Assembly (NCBI GenBank): GCA_038741355.1
Contig: JAVYLC010000048.1
Location: 1-13,431 of the forward strand
Reading direction: 5' to 3'
DNA from: Nitrososphaerota archaeon
Lineage (GTDB): Archaea > Thermoproteota > Nitrososphaeria_A > Caldarchaeales > Calditenuaceae
DNA: 13,431 bases
The notes beneath the pieces are model-generated. The model worked only from the letters and a program-made list of their open reading frames with translations. It was not told the origin of the DNA and did not search any database. Both the position numbers and the translations under genes were made by a program. Shown in pieces: positions 13,021-13,431 of the stretch (position 1 is its first letter; each line of letters begins with the position of its first letter).

Positions 13021-13431
13021 GTGCAGCCTCTAAAGTCTAGGCCTGTCATTGTCCTGAACTTCAAGACGTATAGGGAGGCTACGGGTGAAGGGGCGCTGAG
13101 CCTTGCGAGGATTGCTGAGCGGGTTAGACGGGAGCAGGGGGTCAACATTATGGTCTCTGTACAGCATACCGATATCTACAGGGTGGCTGGCAGCATCAAC
13201 ATACCAGTCCTTGCACAGCACATAGATGCGCGCGAGCCTGGAAGCTGGACTGGGCACGTGACGGCAGAGGCGGTAAAGGCTAGCGGAGCTGTTGGAAGCT
13301 TGGTGAACCACTCTGAGAGACGGCTTACACTCGCGGATATAGGAGCATGTATAGCTGCCCTAAAGAGACTAGACCTGCTCTCTGTACTGTGCACTGACAC
13401 CCCTGAGACATCTGCGGCAGGTGCAGCCCTA
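13021..13431 (+). CDS. tpiA: Triosephosphate isomerase, archaeal type, 5' partial (runs off the window)
   Basis: This ORF is not in the supplied track because it is open-ended. My translation from the GTG at 13021 is MQPLKSRPVIVLNFKTYREATGEGALSLARIAE...VLAQHIDAREPGSWTGHVTAEAVKASGAVGSLVNHSERRLTL..., which carries NFKTY, AQH.D...G..TG and NHSERR archaeal TIM signatures. GGGGGAGGA lies 10 nt upstream of the GTG. Confidence 0.85.
   Translation, partial: MQPLKSRPVIVLNFKTYREATGEGALSLARIAERVRREQGVNIMVSVQHTDIYRVAGSINIPVLAQHIDAREPGSWTGHVTAEAVKASGAVGSLVNHSERRLTLADIGACIAALKRLDLLSVLCTDTPETSAAGAAL

Noticed and set aside
13030-13400. Minus-strand ORFs 13030..13311 and 13176..13400
   Set aside because: The plus-strand open-ended frame from the GTG at 13021 translates to an unmistakable archaeal triosephosphate isomerase N-terminus. 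The minus-strand ORFs are its antisense shadows.

Overview
All homology calls here are by-eye motif recognition with no database search. The window looks like a chromosomal segment of a hyperthermophilic archaeon, probably a crenarchaeote. Supporting signs are AGG/ATA-rich codon usage, GTG/TTG starts, GGAGGTGAT-type Shine-Dalgarno boxes in front of internal operon genes, TATA boxes about 26 nt upstream of apparently leaderless starts, and an archaeal-type triosephosphate isomerase.

The right ~10 kb (3389-13431) is ordinary metabolism:
- a small polytopic membrane protein;
- a lutC / lutB-CCG-fusion operon on the minus strand;
- a divergently transcribed malate synthase;
- a GH127 (DUF1680) glycosidase;
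- a CoA-disulfide reductase/NADH oxidase;
- the 5' part of tpiA.

The left ~3.1 kb is the unusual part:
- about 660 nt of ~71% G+C sequence with no credible ORF;
- a two-gene operon with strong Shine-Dalgarno boxes, encoding a small hydrophobic protein and an SPPY DNA methyltransferase broken by two compensating frameshifts;
- a ~1.26-kb cassette (1795-3057) bounded by imperfect inverted repeats.

The cassette holds a ~71% G+C hairpin-rich leader, an AT-richer ORF that aligns by eye to IS110-family DEDD recombinases (with KTS in place of the family KTD box), and an 80-nt compound palindrome just after the stop codon. I consider this cassette the best candidate for an undescribed system: an archaeal IS110-like recombinase with a candidate guide (bridge-type) RNA. 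An 8-mer, CGTGGTGG, occurs five times on the plus strand, and only in non-coding DNA.
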